Assembly (NCBI GenBank): GCA_964652095.1
Contig: CAZZAC010000001.1
Coordinates: forward strand, 9,258 to 73,257
DNA from: an uncultured Dehalococcoidales bacterium
GTDB taxonomy: Bacteria > Chloroflexota > Dehalococcoidia > GIF9 > AB-539-J10
Reading direction: 5' to 3'
Length of the DNA stretch: 64,000 bases
This document shows positions 1 to 10,672 of this stretch, piece after piece. Positions within the stretch are counted from its first letter, which is position 1. Every line of letters begins with the position of its first letter. The position numbers were made by a program, and so were the translations under genes. The notes beneath the pieces are model-generated. The model was not told where the DNA came from. It saw only the letters and a program-made list of their open reading frames with translations, and made no database searches.

Positions 1-104
1 GCTGGAAAAAATAACGATTCCAAATTTCGTACCGCAAAGAACAATGGCGGTGCTTTTTTACCGCCATCACGCCATAATTTAAAAACCTCGCTTGCCTTCT
101 AAAC

Positions 105-554
105 CTAGCGAGCAGCAAGCAATTCTGAAACTATCTCGCTGACTTCTTTGCCATCAGCTTTGCCTTTAAGTTGAGGCATAAGCTGAGCCATGATTTTGCC
201 TTTGTCGTTCGGCCCCTTAGCTCCAACTGCATCAATCACTCGCTGGGCCGCTGCCATAATCTCCGCCCGACTCATTTGCTCAGGAAGATAGCTCAGAAGA
301 ACAGCCAGTTCTGCTTCTTCCTGCGCCACCAGATCGCTACGATTCCCCTTCTTAAAGGCCTCAATGCTCTCCCGACGACGTTTTATTTCCTTGGTAATAA
401 CATCAAGCACTTTGTTATCGTCAGCGGGCTTTTGCTGCGCAATTTCAGCATACTTTATTTCAGATAATAATAACCTTAATGTAGAAACTTCTACTCCCTG
501 CTGCCGCTTAAGCGCCCCTTTGAGAGTTTCCTGAATACTTTTCTTCAGTGCCAT
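105..554 (-). CDS. GatB/YqeY domain-containing protein
   Basis: ORF 105..626 matches the YqeY/GatB-like family. Start trimmed to Met25 (MALKKSIQ) so it abuts rather than overlaps rpsU; rpsU-yqeY is a classic gene order. Confidence 0.65.
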   Translation of the reverse strand: MALKKSIQETLKGALKRQQGVEVSTLRLLLSEIKYAEIAQQKPADDNKVLDVITKEIKRRRESIEAFKKGNRSDLVAQEEAELAVLLSYLPEQMSRAEIMAAAQRVIDAVGAKGPNDKGKIMAQLMPQLKGKADGKEVSEIVSELLAAR

Positions 555-561
555 CTCTTGG

Positions 562-738
562 CTATCTAAAACTTTTTCGCCTTTTCGCTGCCGCTTTCTT
601 TCTCTTCTCTTCACTAGGTTTTTCAAAGTGCTTGCGGCGGCGAACTTCAGCTAAAATGCGGTCTTGCTGCACCTGCCTATTAAATCTACGCAGCAGAGCC
701 TCGAAACTCTCGCCTGAACCAAGCTTTACATCAGCCAT
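562..738 (-). CDS. rpsU: 30S ribosomal protein S21
   Basis: Translation MADVKLGSGESFEALLRRFNRQVQQDRILAEVRRRKHFEKPSEEKRKK is the typical S21 sequence; start taken at the internal Met (MADVK) of ORF 562..753. Confidence 0.85.
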   Translation of the reverse strand: MADVKLGSGESFEALLRRFNRQVQQDRILAEVRRRKHFEKPSEEKRKKAAAKRRKSFR

Positions 739-857
739 ATCAAAACAATGCATTTTACCCTAGTCACCCCAGTATGTCAATCAGTAGAAAGACAATATTA
801 TGTTTGACAAATAGTAGTAAAACATGATAAGAATATAATATCTTGGTGAGAGAGGAC

Positions 858-1259
858 ATGGCAGTACAGAAAAAAAAGCCCAGGCTTGATTCGATAATTA
901 GATCCCTGGCAAAGAGGGGGTTCTCTCTTTCTGTGAAAGTCGTAGATAAATGTGCTCCAGATAGGCTGTTGCTTTTTGCCCTTAACTTTTTGGATAAACA
1001 TGTCCCAAATAGACTGATTTCCTTCGCAATTAAAGTGGTCAAGAAATTAGCTCCTCGTAGGCTGCGCTCTACTGCTATTGATGCCGCTGATGAGTATGTC
1101 CCTGACGAGGTAGCGAACTCGAGAAAGGTCTGTGCTGTCATTGCTGCAGTAGGGAAATACATTCCAGATGAGATAATTCCCCCGGAGTCCACAGAAAGGT
1201 GGGAAAATCTTAGAACAAAGTTCCATATTCCGAAATTAATGTCGAGCAGGCCAAAGTGA
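858..1259 (+). CDS. hypothetical protein with about five tandem degenerate 16-18 aa repeats ([DK]K.[AV]P.R[LV]...A[IL])
   Basis: ORF 843..1259 (TTG) with ATG at 858 preceded by GAGAGAGG. The periodic repeat structure (KCAPDRLLLFAL / KHVPNRLISFAI / KLAPRRLRSTAI / EYVPDEVANSRK / KYIPDEIIPP) favours this strand over the antisense ORF 764..1276. Confidence 0.35.
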   Translation: MAVQKKKPRLDSIIRSLAKRGFSLSVKVVDKCAPDRLLLFALNFLDKHVPNRLISFAIKVVKKLAPRRLRSTAIDAADEYVPDEVANSRKVCAVIAAVGKYIPDEIIPPESTERWENLRTKFHIPKLMSSRPK

Positions 1260-1331
1260 GCCTGTGGAGTTGACATAGCTATTTCTATCGTAGCTCCTCA
1301 CGATGTTGGTGAGGAAGAAGCAGGGTACTAA

Positions 1332-2381
1332 ATGCAGTACAAAAGGGTTTGTGTTGAGTCTTTTGGTTATGAACTTCCTGAGACTATCGTCACGTCTGTG
1401 AGCCTGGAAGAAAGACTGGCCCCAATATACAACAAATTGAATCTCCCCTATGGACGCTTGGAAATGATGACTGGGATTCGTGAACGGCGATTCTGGGACG
1501 ATGGAGTGACGCCGAGCCAAGCCAGCATAAAGGCAGCAGAAAAAGCCATCAGCAAGTCGGGAGTCAAAAAAGAAGACATCGGTTGCTTGCTTCACACCTC
1601 CGTATCTCGTGATTTCCTAGAGCCAGCGACGGCTACGGTAGTCCACGATTCTTTAGGCCTCCCATCCACAGCTACTATTTTTGACATCTCCAATGCCTGC
1701 CTCGGTTTCATTAACGGCATGGTAACTTTGGCAAATATGATTGAGCTGGGTCAGGTAAAAGCTGGGCTTGTGGTTGGCTGTGAGAGCAGCAAACGACTTA
1801 TTGATGCAACAATCGATAAGGTTTTGAAAGACCCGGACATCACCAGAGAAAAGCTCAAACTCGCCTTTGCCACCTTGACTTTGGGGGCAGGAGCAGCGGC
1901 AGCAGTGTTAACTCACTCCTCCCTATCGCGAGACGGGCATAAACTTCTTGGCGGGGTAACGCGCGCTGCTTCACAGCACAATGATCTTTGTCGTATACAA
2001 GCCGATACCTACTTCTTCGACCCGAGCATTTCGCCTGAGATGTACACAGACTCTAGAGAGCTCCTCAAAAATGGAGCAAAATTGGCGCCTGCCACCTGGG
2101 AGGCCACAAGACAAGAGCTTGGATGGAGGGACTCCGACGTAGATAGGTTTTTTACTCATCAGGTTAGCGCCGTGCATAGTAGACTATTGTTCAAGACCCT
2201 GGGACTGGATAAGGCAAAAGACTTTTCCACTGTAGAATATCTAGGAAACATTGGGTCGGTTTCCCTGCCCATTACCATGGCTATCGGAATTGACCAAGGT
2301 CGCCTTAACCCTGGTGATAAGGTTGCCATGATGGGGATCGGCAGCGGCATAGTCTGTCTTATGTTGGGTCTGGAATGGTAG
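1332..2381 (+). CDS. 3-oxoacyl-ACP synthase III (FabH-like) family condensing enzyme
   Basis: 349 aa. Active-site Cys in ISNACLGF, His in FTHQVS, Asn in YLGNIGSVS. First gene of the FAS-like cluster. Confidence 0.8.
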   Translation: MQYKRVCVESFGYELPETIVTSVSLEERLAPIYNKLNLPYGRLEMMTGIRERRFWDDGVTPSQASIKAAEKAISKSGVKKEDIGCLLHTSVSRDFLEPATATVVHDSLGLPSTATIFDISNACLGFINGMVTLANMIELGQVKAGLVVGCESSKRLIDATIDKVLKDPDITREKLKLAFATLTLGAGAAAAVLTHSSLSRDGHKLLGGVTRAASQHNDLCRIQADTYFFDPSISPEMYTDSRELLKNGAKLAPATWEATRQELGWRDSDVDRFFTHQVSAVHSRLLFKTLGLDKAKDFSTVEYLGNIGSVSLPITMAIGIDQGRLNPGDKVAMMGIGSGIVCLMLGLEW

Positions 2382-2492
2382 AGAAAATGGCCCTAACGAG
2401 ATGAGTTCAGGGAAATACTCCCTCAGACAGCAATGCAACTAGATTTCTTGAAGCCGCTCCGATATCTACGTTTTTGATGGAAGTTTTACCCT

Positions 2493-3743
2493 ATGGTGGC
2501 AAAGAAGCCTAATGAAGCACGAATTGTAATTACCGGGGTTGGCCTGACGGCGCCAAACGGAAATAATCTAGCGGAATTTCGAAAAAGTTTACTTGCTGGC
2601 AAATCCGGGGTACAGAAATTCAACGTCCGCTACATGGGTGAAGTATTGGCTGGTATATGCCACTTCGACCCACTGAAGTATCAAAAAAAGAAGGAATTGC
2701 GTCGGGGAACGAGGGCAGGCTCTATTGCTATCTACTGCGCTCAAGAAGCAATCGCTGATGCCAAATTGGACCTTGCTTGCCTTGATAAATCGAAGATTGG
2801 TATCTACCTTGGGATTACCGAGCATGGCACCGTGGAAACTGAAAACGAAATCTATGAAATTAAGCAATTTGACTATGATGTAAAATATTGGTCGCACCAT
2901 CATAATCCCAGAGTAGTGGCTAATAATCCCGCTGGCGAAGTCACCCTGAATATGGGAATTACCGGACCTCACTACACATTGGGGGCTGCTTGTGCTGGTG
3001 GCAACATTGGACTTACACAGGGCTTGCAAATGCTGCTGCTGAACGAAGTCGATTTAGCCCTAGCTGGTGGCATTTCCGAGAGTACCGGTTCCTTTGGTAT
3101 TTTTGCTGGCTTCAAAAGTGAAGGTGCTTTAGCTTCCCATGCAGACCCTGAGAAGGCATGCCGCCCCTTTGACAAGGATAGAAATGGTGTGGTTGTTTCC
3201 GAAGGCGGCTGCATTTTCGTTCTAGAAAGATTGAGCGATGCCCTTAACAGGGGAGCTAAAATCTACGGTGAAATCGTGGGCTATGCTATCAACTCAGATG
3301 CCACTGACTTTATTTTCCCCGACAAAGACAGACAAGTTGAGTGCATGAAACTTGCTCTTGACAAAGCCGGTATATCCCCCGAAGATATCGATATCATCAA
3401 TACCCATGGGACGGGCACCGTTGAAGGAGACCCTGTAGAGTGTCAGGCAATGAGAGAGGTCTTCGGTGAGCATCTCCATGCCTATATAAACAACACCAAG
3501 AGTTTTATCGGTCATGCTATGGGGGCTGCCGGCGCCTTAGAGTTAGCCGGTAATTTACCTTCTTTTGAAGACTATATTGTCCACCCTACGATCAATCTGG
3601 ATCACTTAGACCCTGAATGTCATCTTAACAACCTGGTTATCAATGAACCAAAAAAGATTGACAAGGTCGACTATATATTGAATAATTCCTTCGGAATGTT
3701 AGGCATCAATTCAGTTGTTATCGCAAAAAGATTTGAGGAATAA
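2493..3743 (+). CDS. beta-ketoacyl-ACP synthase I/II (FabF/FabB-like)
   Basis: 416 aa. Cys in HYTLGAACAGGN; His motifs NTHGTGT and GHAMGAAG are typical of the KAS I/II elongating condensing enzyme. Confidence 0.85.
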   Translation: MVAKKPNEARIVITGVGLTAPNGNNLAEFRKSLLAGKSGVQKFNVRYMGEVLAGICHFDPLKYQKKKELRRGTRAGSIAIYCAQEAIADAKLDLACLDKSKIGIYLGITEHGTVETENEIYEIKQFDYDVKYWSHHHNPRVVANNPAGEVTLNMGITGPHYTLGAACAGGNIGLTQGLQMLLLNEVDLALAGGISESTGSFGIFAGFKSEGALASHADPEKACRPFDKDRNGVVVSEGGCIFVLERLSDALNRGAKIYGEIVGYAINSDATDFIFPDKDRQVECMKLALDKAGISPEDIDIINTHGTGTVEGDPVECQAMREVFGEHLHAYINNTKSFIGHAMGAAGALELAGNLPSFEDYIVHPTINLDHLDPECHLNNLVINEPKKIDKVDYILNNSFGMLGINSVVIAKRFEE

Positions 3744-3781
3744 AGCTGAAGGCATTCTTGGAATAGACAAACGGGGGGTAC

Positions 3782-4033
3782 ATGACCAAGGAACAAATTA
3801 AAGCCACCATCCTAGAAATCATAGCGCAAATCATACCAGACGAAGACCTGAGTAATCTTAAGGGCGATATCCCGCTACGAGAACAAGTGGAACTGGACTC
3901 CATGGACTTCTTAGACATTATTATGGAGCTGCGAAAACGCTACGGCATCGAAGTCCCTGAGGATGACTATATGCAATTAGCCACCTTAGATGGCTCTATA
4001 GCTTATCTGGAGCCACGGATGAAAGAACTTTAA
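3782..4033 (+). CDS. acyl carrier protein
   Basis: 83 aa, acidic, phosphopantetheine attachment motif LDSMDFLDII (DSL-type Ser), immediately downstream of the KAS gene. Confidence 0.85.
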   Translation: MTKEQIKATILEIIAQIIPDEDLSNLKGDIPLREQVELDSMDFLDIIMELRKRYGIEVPEDDYMQLATLDGSIAYLEPRMKEL

Positions 4034-4058
4034 ACTAAAATGGCGTCAACTCTGTTTT

Positions 4059-4130
4059 TCTCTGCGCCGGGTCACTACCAGATTAAGGAAAGCCAGCTCC
4101 AGCAATCCCGGTCGGTACAGTGCGAGAAGT
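4059..4130 (+). repeat. about 70-bp direct repeat, copy A, in the leader of the GLUG gene (tctctgcgccgggtcactaccagattaagg...)
   Basis: About 75% identical to 6406..6476 by eye alignment; the two copies bracket the GLUG gene. Confidence 0.6.
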
Positions 4131-4135
4131 GCAAT

Positions 4136-6385
4136 ATGAACATAACATTTGGTTCGAGGAGACAGCGTGACGTCGCAAGAGCCAGTATCTTTCTGATCAT
4201 GGTAGCCTTAATTACAGGCATGGTAGGCTGTGCTCTTCCTCCTATTCGAATACAGGATTGGTATGACTTGAATGCCGTCAGAGACAACCCAGCCGGTAGC
4301 TACCGTCTGATGAACGACCTCGATTCCACTGCTGCCGGTTATACAAGGCTGGCGAGTAAGACAGCCAACCAAAGAAAGGGCTGGCAGCCGATTGGAACTT
4401 CGGGTAACCCCTTTACCGGGAGTTTCGACGGGCAGGGATACGAGATAAGGGACCTGTTTATCGACCGCACTGACGAAAATGAGGTCGGGCTTTTCGGTCT
4501 TGTTGATGAGGGAGGGGTCATCAAGAATGTTGGAGTGGTGAACGCCGCTGTGGCTGGCAAGCAATATGTTGGCGGTCTGGTGGGAAATAGTTCGGGCACT
4601 GTGAGCAACTCCTATTTCAGCGGCGGCGTGACTGGCGACCAGTGCCTTGGCGGTCTGGTGGGAGGGAATGTCGGCACTGTGAGCAACTCCTACTATAATT
4701 ACGACGAGGTTCTGATCAACGGAGAAAACATGATTACCATTGGAGCTTTGTTCGCTGAAGACTTCGAGCAGTGGCTTGCTAACGATAAGTTTTTGGACGT
4801 CAATCAAAGGCTTTCTCAAGAAAATGGTTGTTATGTGGTGAATGATGTCAGTGATTTTAAAGAGCTGCTCGCCTTTGGTCAGGATAGTTCCCTCAGATTT
4901 AGATTGACACACGATCTGGACTTAGGCAGTGAAGCCAACTTTTACATCCCTTATCTGGCTGGAGAGTTTGATGGCAATGGTCACAAAATCCTGAGCCTGA
5001 CCTTCAACTCTGATTTTGCTTCGCAAGTCGCATTATTCGGATATCTTGCTTCCGGTGGAGAAGTCACTCAACTGGGTGTCGAGAATGTAAACGTAACCGG
5101 CGCTTATCTGGTTGGCGGTCTAGTGGGAGGAAATGATGGCATTGTGAGCAACTCCTATTCCAGCGGCAACGTAACTGGCGATGATTACGTTGGCGGTTTG
5201 ATCGGATATAACTGGAAGGGCACTGTGAACAACTCCTATTGCGGCGGCAGTGTGGCTGGCAAGCGGGATGTCGGTGGTCTGGTGGGGATCAATGGGGGCA
5301 CCTTGACCAACTGCTATTCGAGCAGCAGCATCACCGGCTGGTATTCTGTTGGCGGTCTGGTCGGAATTAATGAAGGCACCGTGACTAACTCCTATTCGAG
5401 TGGCAGTGTCACTGCCTGGTATTCTGTTGGCAGTCTGGTCGGAATTAATGAGGGCAGCTTGAGCAACTCCTATTCGAGCGGCAGCGTCACTGGCTGGTAT
5501 TCTGTTGGCGGTCTGGTCGGAATTAATTCGGAAACTGTGAGCAACTCCTATTCCATCGCCAGCGTGAGTGGCAGGTCGGGTGTTGGCGGTCTGATCGGAA
5601 GTAGTTACGGCACTGTGACGAACTCCTATGCCACAGGCAGCGTGACTGGCGAGCGGGATGTCGGCGGTCTGGTGGGAAGTAATTACGACACTGTGACGAA
5701 CTCCTATGCCACAGACAGCGTGACTGGCGAGTGGAATGTTGGCGGTCTGGTGGGATCTAATTCGGGCACTGTCATCAAGTCCTATTCCACAGGCAGCATG
5801 ACTGGCAACTATTATGTTGGCGGCCTAGCAGGAGGGAATGATGGCACTGTGAGCAACTCCCATTCCACAGGCAACGTGACCGGCAACTATTATGTTAGCG
5901 GTCTGGTGGGATCTAATTCGGGCACTGTGACCAGCTCCTATTCCACGGGCAGCGTGACTGGCTCTTCGATTGTTAGCGGTCTGGTGGGGATCAATGGTTG
6001 GGATGGCACTGTGAGGAACTCCTATTCCACAGGCAGCGTGGCTGGCAGCTATTATGTTGGCGGTCTGGTGGGAGTGAATTTCGGCACAGTCAGCAACTCG
6101 TATTCCAGCGGTAACATGATCGGCGATGAGTATATTGGCGGTCTGGTGGGAGTGAATTGGAGAGGCACTGTGAGCAACTCCTTCTGGGATACCGAAACCA
6201 GCGGACAAGCTACTTCGGCTGGCGGGACAGGCAAGACCACCGCGGAAATGCAAGACAGCGCTACCTTCTTAGCGGCGGCGTGGGACATATGCGCGGTCGG
6301 TCCTGGCGCGACCAACCCCGCTTACACCTGGAATATCGTTCATGAGCAGACCTATCCCTTCCTGAGCTGGCAGTCCGTTGTTTAA
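4136..6385 (+). CDS. GLUG-motif repeat protein, probable secreted lipoprotein (about 16 tandem 21-22 aa repeats YVGGLVGxNxGTVSNSYSxGSVTG)
   Basis: ORF 4040..6385. The likely real start is Met33 (MNITFGSRRQRDVARASIFLIMVALITGMVGC: positive N-region, hydrophobic core, lipobox-like MVGC). The GGLVG...NSY repeat is the GLUG motif known from IgA1-protease-like surface proteins. The C-terminal non-repeat domain is typical of this family. Confidence 0.7.
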   Translation: MNITFGSRRQRDVARASIFLIMVALITGMVGCALPPIRIQDWYDLNAVRDNPAGSYRLMNDLDSTAAGYTRLASKTANQRKGWQPIGTSGNPFTGSFDGQGYEIRDLFIDRTDENEVGLFGLVDEGGVIKNVGVVNAAVAGKQYVGGLVGNSSGTVSNSYFSGGVTGDQCLGGLVGGNVGTVSNSYYNYDEVLINGENMITIGALFAEDFEQWLANDKFLDVNQRLSQENGCYVVNDVSDFKELLAFGQDSSLRFRLTHDLDLGSEANFYIPYLAGEFDGNGHKILSLTFNSDFASQVALFGYLASGGEVTQLGVENVNVTGAYLVGGLVGGNDGIVSNSYSSGNVTGDDYVGGLIGYNWKGTVNNSYCGGSVAGKRDVGGLVGINGGTLTNCYSSSSITGWYSVGGLVGINEGTVTNSYSSGSVTAWYSVGSLVGINEGSLSNSYSSGSVTGWYSVGGLVGINSETVSNSYSIASVSGRSGVGGLIGSSYGTVTNSYATGSVTGERDVGGLVGSNYDTVTNSYATDSVTGEWNVGGLVGSNSGTVIKSYSTGSMTGNYYVGGLAGGNDGTVSNSHSTGNVTGNYYVSGLVGSNSGTVTSSYSTGSVTGSSIVSGLVGINGWDGTVRNSYSTGSVAGSYYVGGLVGVNFGTVSNSYSSGNMIGDEYIGGLVGVNWRGTVSNSFWDTETSGQATSAGGTGKTTAEMQDSATFLAAAWDICAVGPGATNPAYTWNIVHEQTYPFLSWQSVV

Positions 6386-6405
6386 TGCAACTAAAGCTTG
6401 GAGTA

Positions 6406-6476
6406 TCTCTGCGTCCCGTCACTGCCAGATTAAGAAAGTGAGCCGAAGCAATACCGGTGGGTAGAGCGCAGGAAAG
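6406..6476 (+). repeat. about 70-bp direct repeat, copy B, downstream of the GLUG gene (tctctgcgtcccgtcactgccagattaaga...)
   Basis: Paired with 4059..4130; located just upstream of a sigma70-like promoter for the oxidoreductase operon. Confidence 0.6.
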
Positions 6477-6485
6477 GAAATAGAG

Positions 6486-6513
6486 TTGACCCCTTTACCC
6501 TTTGTATTATACT
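6486..6513 (+). promoter_or_regulatory. candidate sigma70-type promoter (TTGACC - 16 nt - TATACT) for the downstream oxidoreductase/FabG/FabZ/FabI/PPTase operon
   Basis: Hexamers read directly in the 256-bp gap 6386..6640; followed by an approximately 125-nt leader containing a short hairpin (gaggattgaaggcttagttagtcctc). Confidence 0.35.
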
Positions 6514-6640
6514 CTATGAACTAGGACTGTGGAAAAACTAAGCTATTACGTGGTGGTAGGCTAGGAACACAAGTTTTTTATCGCATTTTCCCCGAGGATT
6601 GAAGGCTTAGTTAGTCCTCAATTTTGAAAAGAGCCTGACC

Positions 6641-8026
6641 ATGGATTACGATGTTCTAATTATCGGTGCCGGAATGTCTGGTCTTGCCGCTGGCATTAGA
6701 TTGGCCTACTACGGTAAAAGGGTCTGCATCGTGGAAAAACATTATCGCGTTGGGGGACTGAATTCCTTCTACAACCTGGGGGGACGTAAATTCGACGTCG
6801 GCCTTCATGCCATGACCAATTATGTCCCCAAAGGTGTTAGATTAGCACCCTTGCCCAAGCTGCTACGACAGCTCAAACTAAAAGCTGAAGATTTCGCCCT
6901 CTGCCCACAACGGATGTCAGAAATTAAATTTCCCAATAAAACCCTCGGATTTAATAACGACTTCAGCTTTTTTGTCCAAGAGGTCGTCGATAATTTCCCA
7001 ACGCAAGCTGACAACTTCCAAAAACTGCTTAAGACTATTTTCGAATATGATGAACTGAACCTGTATGCCAAACCGATTTCGGCTCGTGAAGTTGTGAGTT
7101 CTATTATTTCCGACCCACTCCTCAGCGATATGATTTTTTGCCCGCCTATGTTTTATGGAAATGCTCAAGAGAATGGCATGGAGTTCGGACAATTTGTTAT
7201 CATGTTTAAGAGTATCTTCTGCGAAGGCCTGGCTCGACCCCAAGCTGGGATACGCCAAATCCTCGATGTGCTGGTGAAAAAATATAAGTCTTGCGGCGGT
7301 GAATTAAAGATGAGGTGCACGGTAACAAGTCTCAAATGTGCTAATGACAGGGTTGAATCAATCTTGCTCGAAAACGGTGAAGTCCTGACAGCCGATAGGA
7401 TACTATCATCCGCTGGTTATGTTGAAACGATGAAACTGTTGACCGACTATGATTCTTCAAAATTAAATTGCCATGTGGGTCAAATTTCATTTGTGGAGTC
7501 TATTCTCATTTTAAATAAAGAGCCCGCTAAAATGGGCCACAACACAACAATGACCTTTTACAACAACTCAGATAGATTTGATCATCGAAAACCTGACGAG
7601 CTAGTCGATGTTTCCAGTGGCGTTATTTGCTGCCCTAATAACTTTCAATTCGAAAATCCTCTGCCGGAGGGCATGATCAGGATAACCAACTTGGCTAATT
7701 TCGACCTCTGGAACAGATTGAGTGAAGAAGAGTACAAAGCCCAGAAAGCTGCCTGGTTGGAAACCACGCTTAAAGAGGTGGTGAAATTTGTGCCCGATTT
7801 TCGCCATTCAATTGTTTTTAGCGATATCTTTACTCCAAAAACGATCCACAAATTCACCGGCCACATAAATGGTGCGGTCTATGGGACACCAAATAAAACC
7901 AAAACGGGAAAGACTCATTTAGACAATCTATTTATCTGCGGCACAGACCAGGGATTCCTGGGAATCGTGGGAGCAATGCTTAGCGGTATCTCCATGGCAA
8001 ATCTTCACGTTCTGCAGAAGACGTAG
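6641..8026 (+). CDS. FAD-dependent oxidoreductase, phytoene desaturase/amine oxidase (CrtI-like) family
   Basis: 461 aa. N-terminal dinucleotide fold [38 protein letters not shown]. Confidence 0.8.
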   Translation: MDYDVLIIGAGMSGLAAGIRLAYYGKRVCIVEKHYRVGGLNSFYNLGGRKFDVGLHAMTNYVPKGVRLAPLPKLLRQLKLKAEDFALCPQRMSEIKFPNKTLGFNNDFSFFVQEVVDNFPTQADNFQKLLKTIFEYDELNLYAKPISAREVVSSIISDPLLSDMIFCPPMFYGNAQENGMEFGQFVIMFKSIFCEGLARPQAGIRQILDVLVKKYKSCGGELKMRCTVTSLKCANDRVESILLENGEVLTADRILSSAGYVETMKLLTDYDSSKLNCHVGQISFVESILILNKEPAKMGHNTTMTFYNNSDRFDHRKPDELVDVSSGVICCPNNFQFENPLPEGMIRITNLANFDLWNRLSEEEYKAQKAAWLETTLKEVVKFVPDFRHSIVFSDIFTPKTIHKFTGHINGAVYGTPNKTKTGKTHLDNLFICGTDQGFLGIVGAMLSGISMANLHVLQKT

Positions 8027-8040
8027 AAAAAGAGAAATCT

Positions 8041-9480
8041 ATGAGCCACGATTGGTCGAAGGATACAAGGTCAGAATACGATGTCATCGTCATTGGAGGT
8101 GGACTGGCGGGATTAACATGTGCCAATATGTTAGCCAGAGGAGGACATTCAGTTTTACTTCTAGAGCAGCACTACAGCCTTGGCGGACTGGCTACCTGGT
8201 TCAAAAGAAAGGGGCACATCTTTGATATCGCCTTACACGGATTTCCAGTTGGTATGATTAAAACCTGTCGTAAATACTGGACGCCTGAAATTGCTAATAT
8301 GATTGTTCAACTCAAAGGGATCAGATTTGACAACCCCCAATTTTCCTTTACCACAACTTATGACAGGGAGGATTTTACACGCGTATTGCAGGAGCGATTC
8401 AAAATACCCCGAGAGAATATTGAAACCTTTTTCAACACAGCGAGAAATATGAATTTCTATGATGACCAAAGTATGACCACGAGAGAATTTTTTGAGAAAT
8501 TCTTTCCTGGCCATGATGATGTTGTCCGCATGTTAATGGAACCGATCACTTATGCCAACGGGTCAACCCTACTAGACGATCCCGCAATAAGTTACGGAAT
8601 TGTGTTCTCCAACTTCATGAGCAAAGGCGTTTATACTGTTCGAGGGGGAACAGACCAGTTTATCGGAAAAATGCGGGAGGAACTTCTAAAAAACGGCGTT
8701 GGTATTCGGACTAAGTGCCTGGTGGAAAAAATCATTATTAAGGATAGAAAGGTTAGCGGGGTAATAGCGAAAAGTGGAAGAGGATATCATTATCATATCA
8801 AGAGTAAGGCTGTTGTCTCCAATGGTAATTTGTTATCAACCATCCATAAACTGGTTGGAGATGAGAACTTTTCTAAAAGCTTCACTGAAGAGGCGAAAAA
8901 GGTGCGCCTCAATAATAGCAGTTGTCAGGTCTATATTGGTATCAAAAAAGGCGAGAGGATTGACTACATTGGGGATTTGCTTTTCACCTCAGAGGCGAAA
9001 AAATTTGATTCTGAAGAACTTTGCAGCAAAAATACTACCAGCCGGACCTTCTCAGTCTACTATCCCCAAATCCGGCCAGGCTCTGATATGTACTCCATTG
9101 TTGCCTCCTCTAATGCCAATTACGACGACTGGGCAAATCTGTCCGAAGAAGAATACCAAGCTTCTAAAGAAAGATTAATTCAACGAACGCTGGATGCTCT
9201 GGAGAAATATGTTCCTAAGATTCGGGATAAGGTAGACCACTTGGAAGCTTCTACTCCAAAGACATTTCAAAGGTATACGCTCCATTTAAATGGTGCCTCT
9301 TTTGGCACCAAATTTGAAGGGTTAAAGGTCAGTATGGGGCTTCCTAAAGAGATAGCGGGACTTTTCCATACTGGCTCAGTGGGGATTATCATGTCAGGTT
9401 GGCTAGGCACAGCTAATTACGGAGTAATTGTTGCCCATGATGTAGACAAATTTCTCTCGGCAGGTGCAAGAAATGTATGA
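8041..9480 (+). CDS. FAD-dependent oxidoreductase, phytoene desaturase (CrtI-like) family, paralog of the preceding gene
   Basis: 479 aa. [37 protein letters not shown]. 14-bp gap to the previous gene. Confidence 0.8.
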   Translation: MSHDWSKDTRSEYDVIVIGGGLAGLTCANMLARGGHSVLLLEQHYSLGGLATWFKRKGHIFDIALHGFPVGMIKTCRKYWTPEIANMIVQLKGIRFDNPQFSFTTTYDREDFTRVLQERFKIPRENIETFFNTARNMNFYDDQSMTTREFFEKFFPGHDDVVRMLMEPITYANGSTLLDDPAISYGIVFSNFMSKGVYTVRGGTDQFIGKMREELLKNGVGIRTKCLVEKIIIKDRKVSGVIAKSGRGYHYHIKSKAVVSNGNLLSTIHKLVGDENFSKSFTEEAKKVRLNNSSCQVYIGIKKGERIDYIGDLLFTSEAKKFDSEELCSKNTTSRTFSVYYPQIRPGSDMYSIVASSNANYDDWANLSEEEYQASKERLIQRTLDALEKYVPKIRDKVDHLEASTPKTFQRYTLHLNGASFGTKFEGLKVSMGLPKEIAGLFHTGSVGIIMSGWLGTANYGVIVAHDVDKFLSAGARNV

Positions 9481-10213
9481 TTTCAAGGGACAGACTGTCA
9501 TCATCACTGGTGGAACCAGAGGTATAGGCAAAGCCATCGCCGAGAGTTTCTTGAAGGCAGGTGCTAAAGTTATTGTCACTTATTCGACAAATGAAGCTGC
9601 GGCGGCACAATTTAAACAAGACAACAGCCAGTTTGCCGAAAACATCAATATCCAAAAGCTTGATGTGACCAAGTATGAAGAGGTGGAAAAGTTTTTCAAA
9701 CACATAGACACGAAATATGGGGGCTTTGAAGTCCTGGTGAACAACGCCGGTATCCGAAAGGATTCTGTCCTGGCGATGATGAAAGAATCGGACTGGCATG
9801 ATGTGATGAATGTCAATCTCGCCGGAACCTTTTACATGTGCAAATTTGCTGTTATGAGCCTGATGCGCAAACGATACGGACGGATTATTAACATAAGCTC
9901 TGTGATGGAAAGATACGGTTTTGAAGGGCAGTCGAACTATGCAGCTTCAAAGGCAGGCCTCAGTGCATTGACTAAATCGTTGTCCAAGGAGGTCGCCACC
10001 CGGGGCATCACAGTCAATTGCGTTTCACCGGGATTTATCGCCACTGAATTGATCCAAGACCTTCCTGATAAATTGCGTGAAACTTACCTGGCCAGGATTC
10101 CCCTAAAGAGATTCGGAAATGCTGAAGAGGTGGCCGCTTGTGTTCTTTTCTTGGCTTCCAAAGAGGCGTCATATGTTACCGGTTCTACTCTTGAGGTGAC
10201 GGGAGGATTATGA
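9473..10213 (+). CDS. 3-oxoacyl-ACP reductase (FabG-like SDR)
   Basis: [21 protein letters not shown]; NNAG; S..Y...K catalytic triad ([21 protein letters not shown]). Start taken at ATG 9473 (the ORF track starts at GTG 9464); overlaps the upstream stop by 8 nt. Confidence 0.85.
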   Translation: MYDFKGQTVIITGGTRGIGKAIAESFLKAGAKVIVTYSTNEAAAAQFKQDNSQFAENINIQKLDVTKYEEVEKFFKHIDTKYGGFEVLVNNAGIRKDSVLAMMKESDWHDVMNVNLAGTFYMCKFAVMSLMRKRYGRIINISSVMERYGFEGQSNYAASKAGLSALTKSLSKEVATRGITVNCVSPGFIATELIQDLPDKLRETYLARIPLKRFGNAEEVAACVLFLASKEASYVTGSTLEVTGGL

Positions 10214-10214
10214 G

Positions 10215-10640
10215 ATGGAGGAGATTCTAAACGCTATACCCCATCGTCCACCATTTCTGTTCGTCGATAGGATCATAGAATTAAGCGGAACAAAAATCAA
10301 AACAACGAAAGAGATAAAGCCTGATGAACCAGTTTTCGCAGGACACTACCCAGGACACCCGATCATGCCCGGGGCACTTATCTGTGAATCTATTTTCCAA
10401 ACAGGCGCAATTCTGCTCTCCAAAATGATGGGCGGTATGGGAGAAGGTATTCCTGTTTTGACCCGAATTAATAACGCCAAGTTCAAGAGTATCGTCAAGC
10501 CCGGCAATATCCTAGATATTGAAGCGGAGCTGGTGGAAAAAGTCAGTAACGCTTATTTTATGAAGGGCAAAGCCTCAGTCGCCGGAAAGACCTCGGTCAC
10601 GGTTGAGTTTACCGTCACCTTAGCTAAAGAGGCACCCTGA
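10215..10640 (+). CDS. beta-hydroxyacyl-ACP dehydratase (FabZ/FabA-like hotdog fold)
   Basis: 141 aa. PHRPPFLFVDRIIEL...GHYPGHPIMPGALICESIFQTGAILL is the FabZ signature. Starts 2 nt after the FabG stop. Confidence 0.8.
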   Translation: MEEILNAIPHRPPFLFVDRIIELSGTKIKTTKEIKPDEPVFAGHYPGHPIMPGALICESIFQTGAILLSKMMGGMGEGIPVLTRINNAKFKSIVKPGNILDIEAELVEKVSNAYFMKGKASVAGKTSVTVEFTVTLAKEAP

Positions 10641-10672
10641 CATATATTGGGAAGGGTGATAAGGAGTAACAT

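Noticed and set aside
764-1276. 170-aa minus-strand ORF overlapping the tandem-repeat ORF
   Set aside because: Its composition is S/L/F-rich and hydrophobic with no periodicity. It is antisense to an ORF that shows a clear repeat structure, so it is more likely a shadow ORF.
4560-6190. Regular about 63-bp DNA periodicity that could be mistaken for a CRISPR-like or tandem repeat array
   Set aside because: The repeats are in-frame and degenerate, and they encode the GLUG motif units of one continuous ORF. There are no unique spacers or cas genes.
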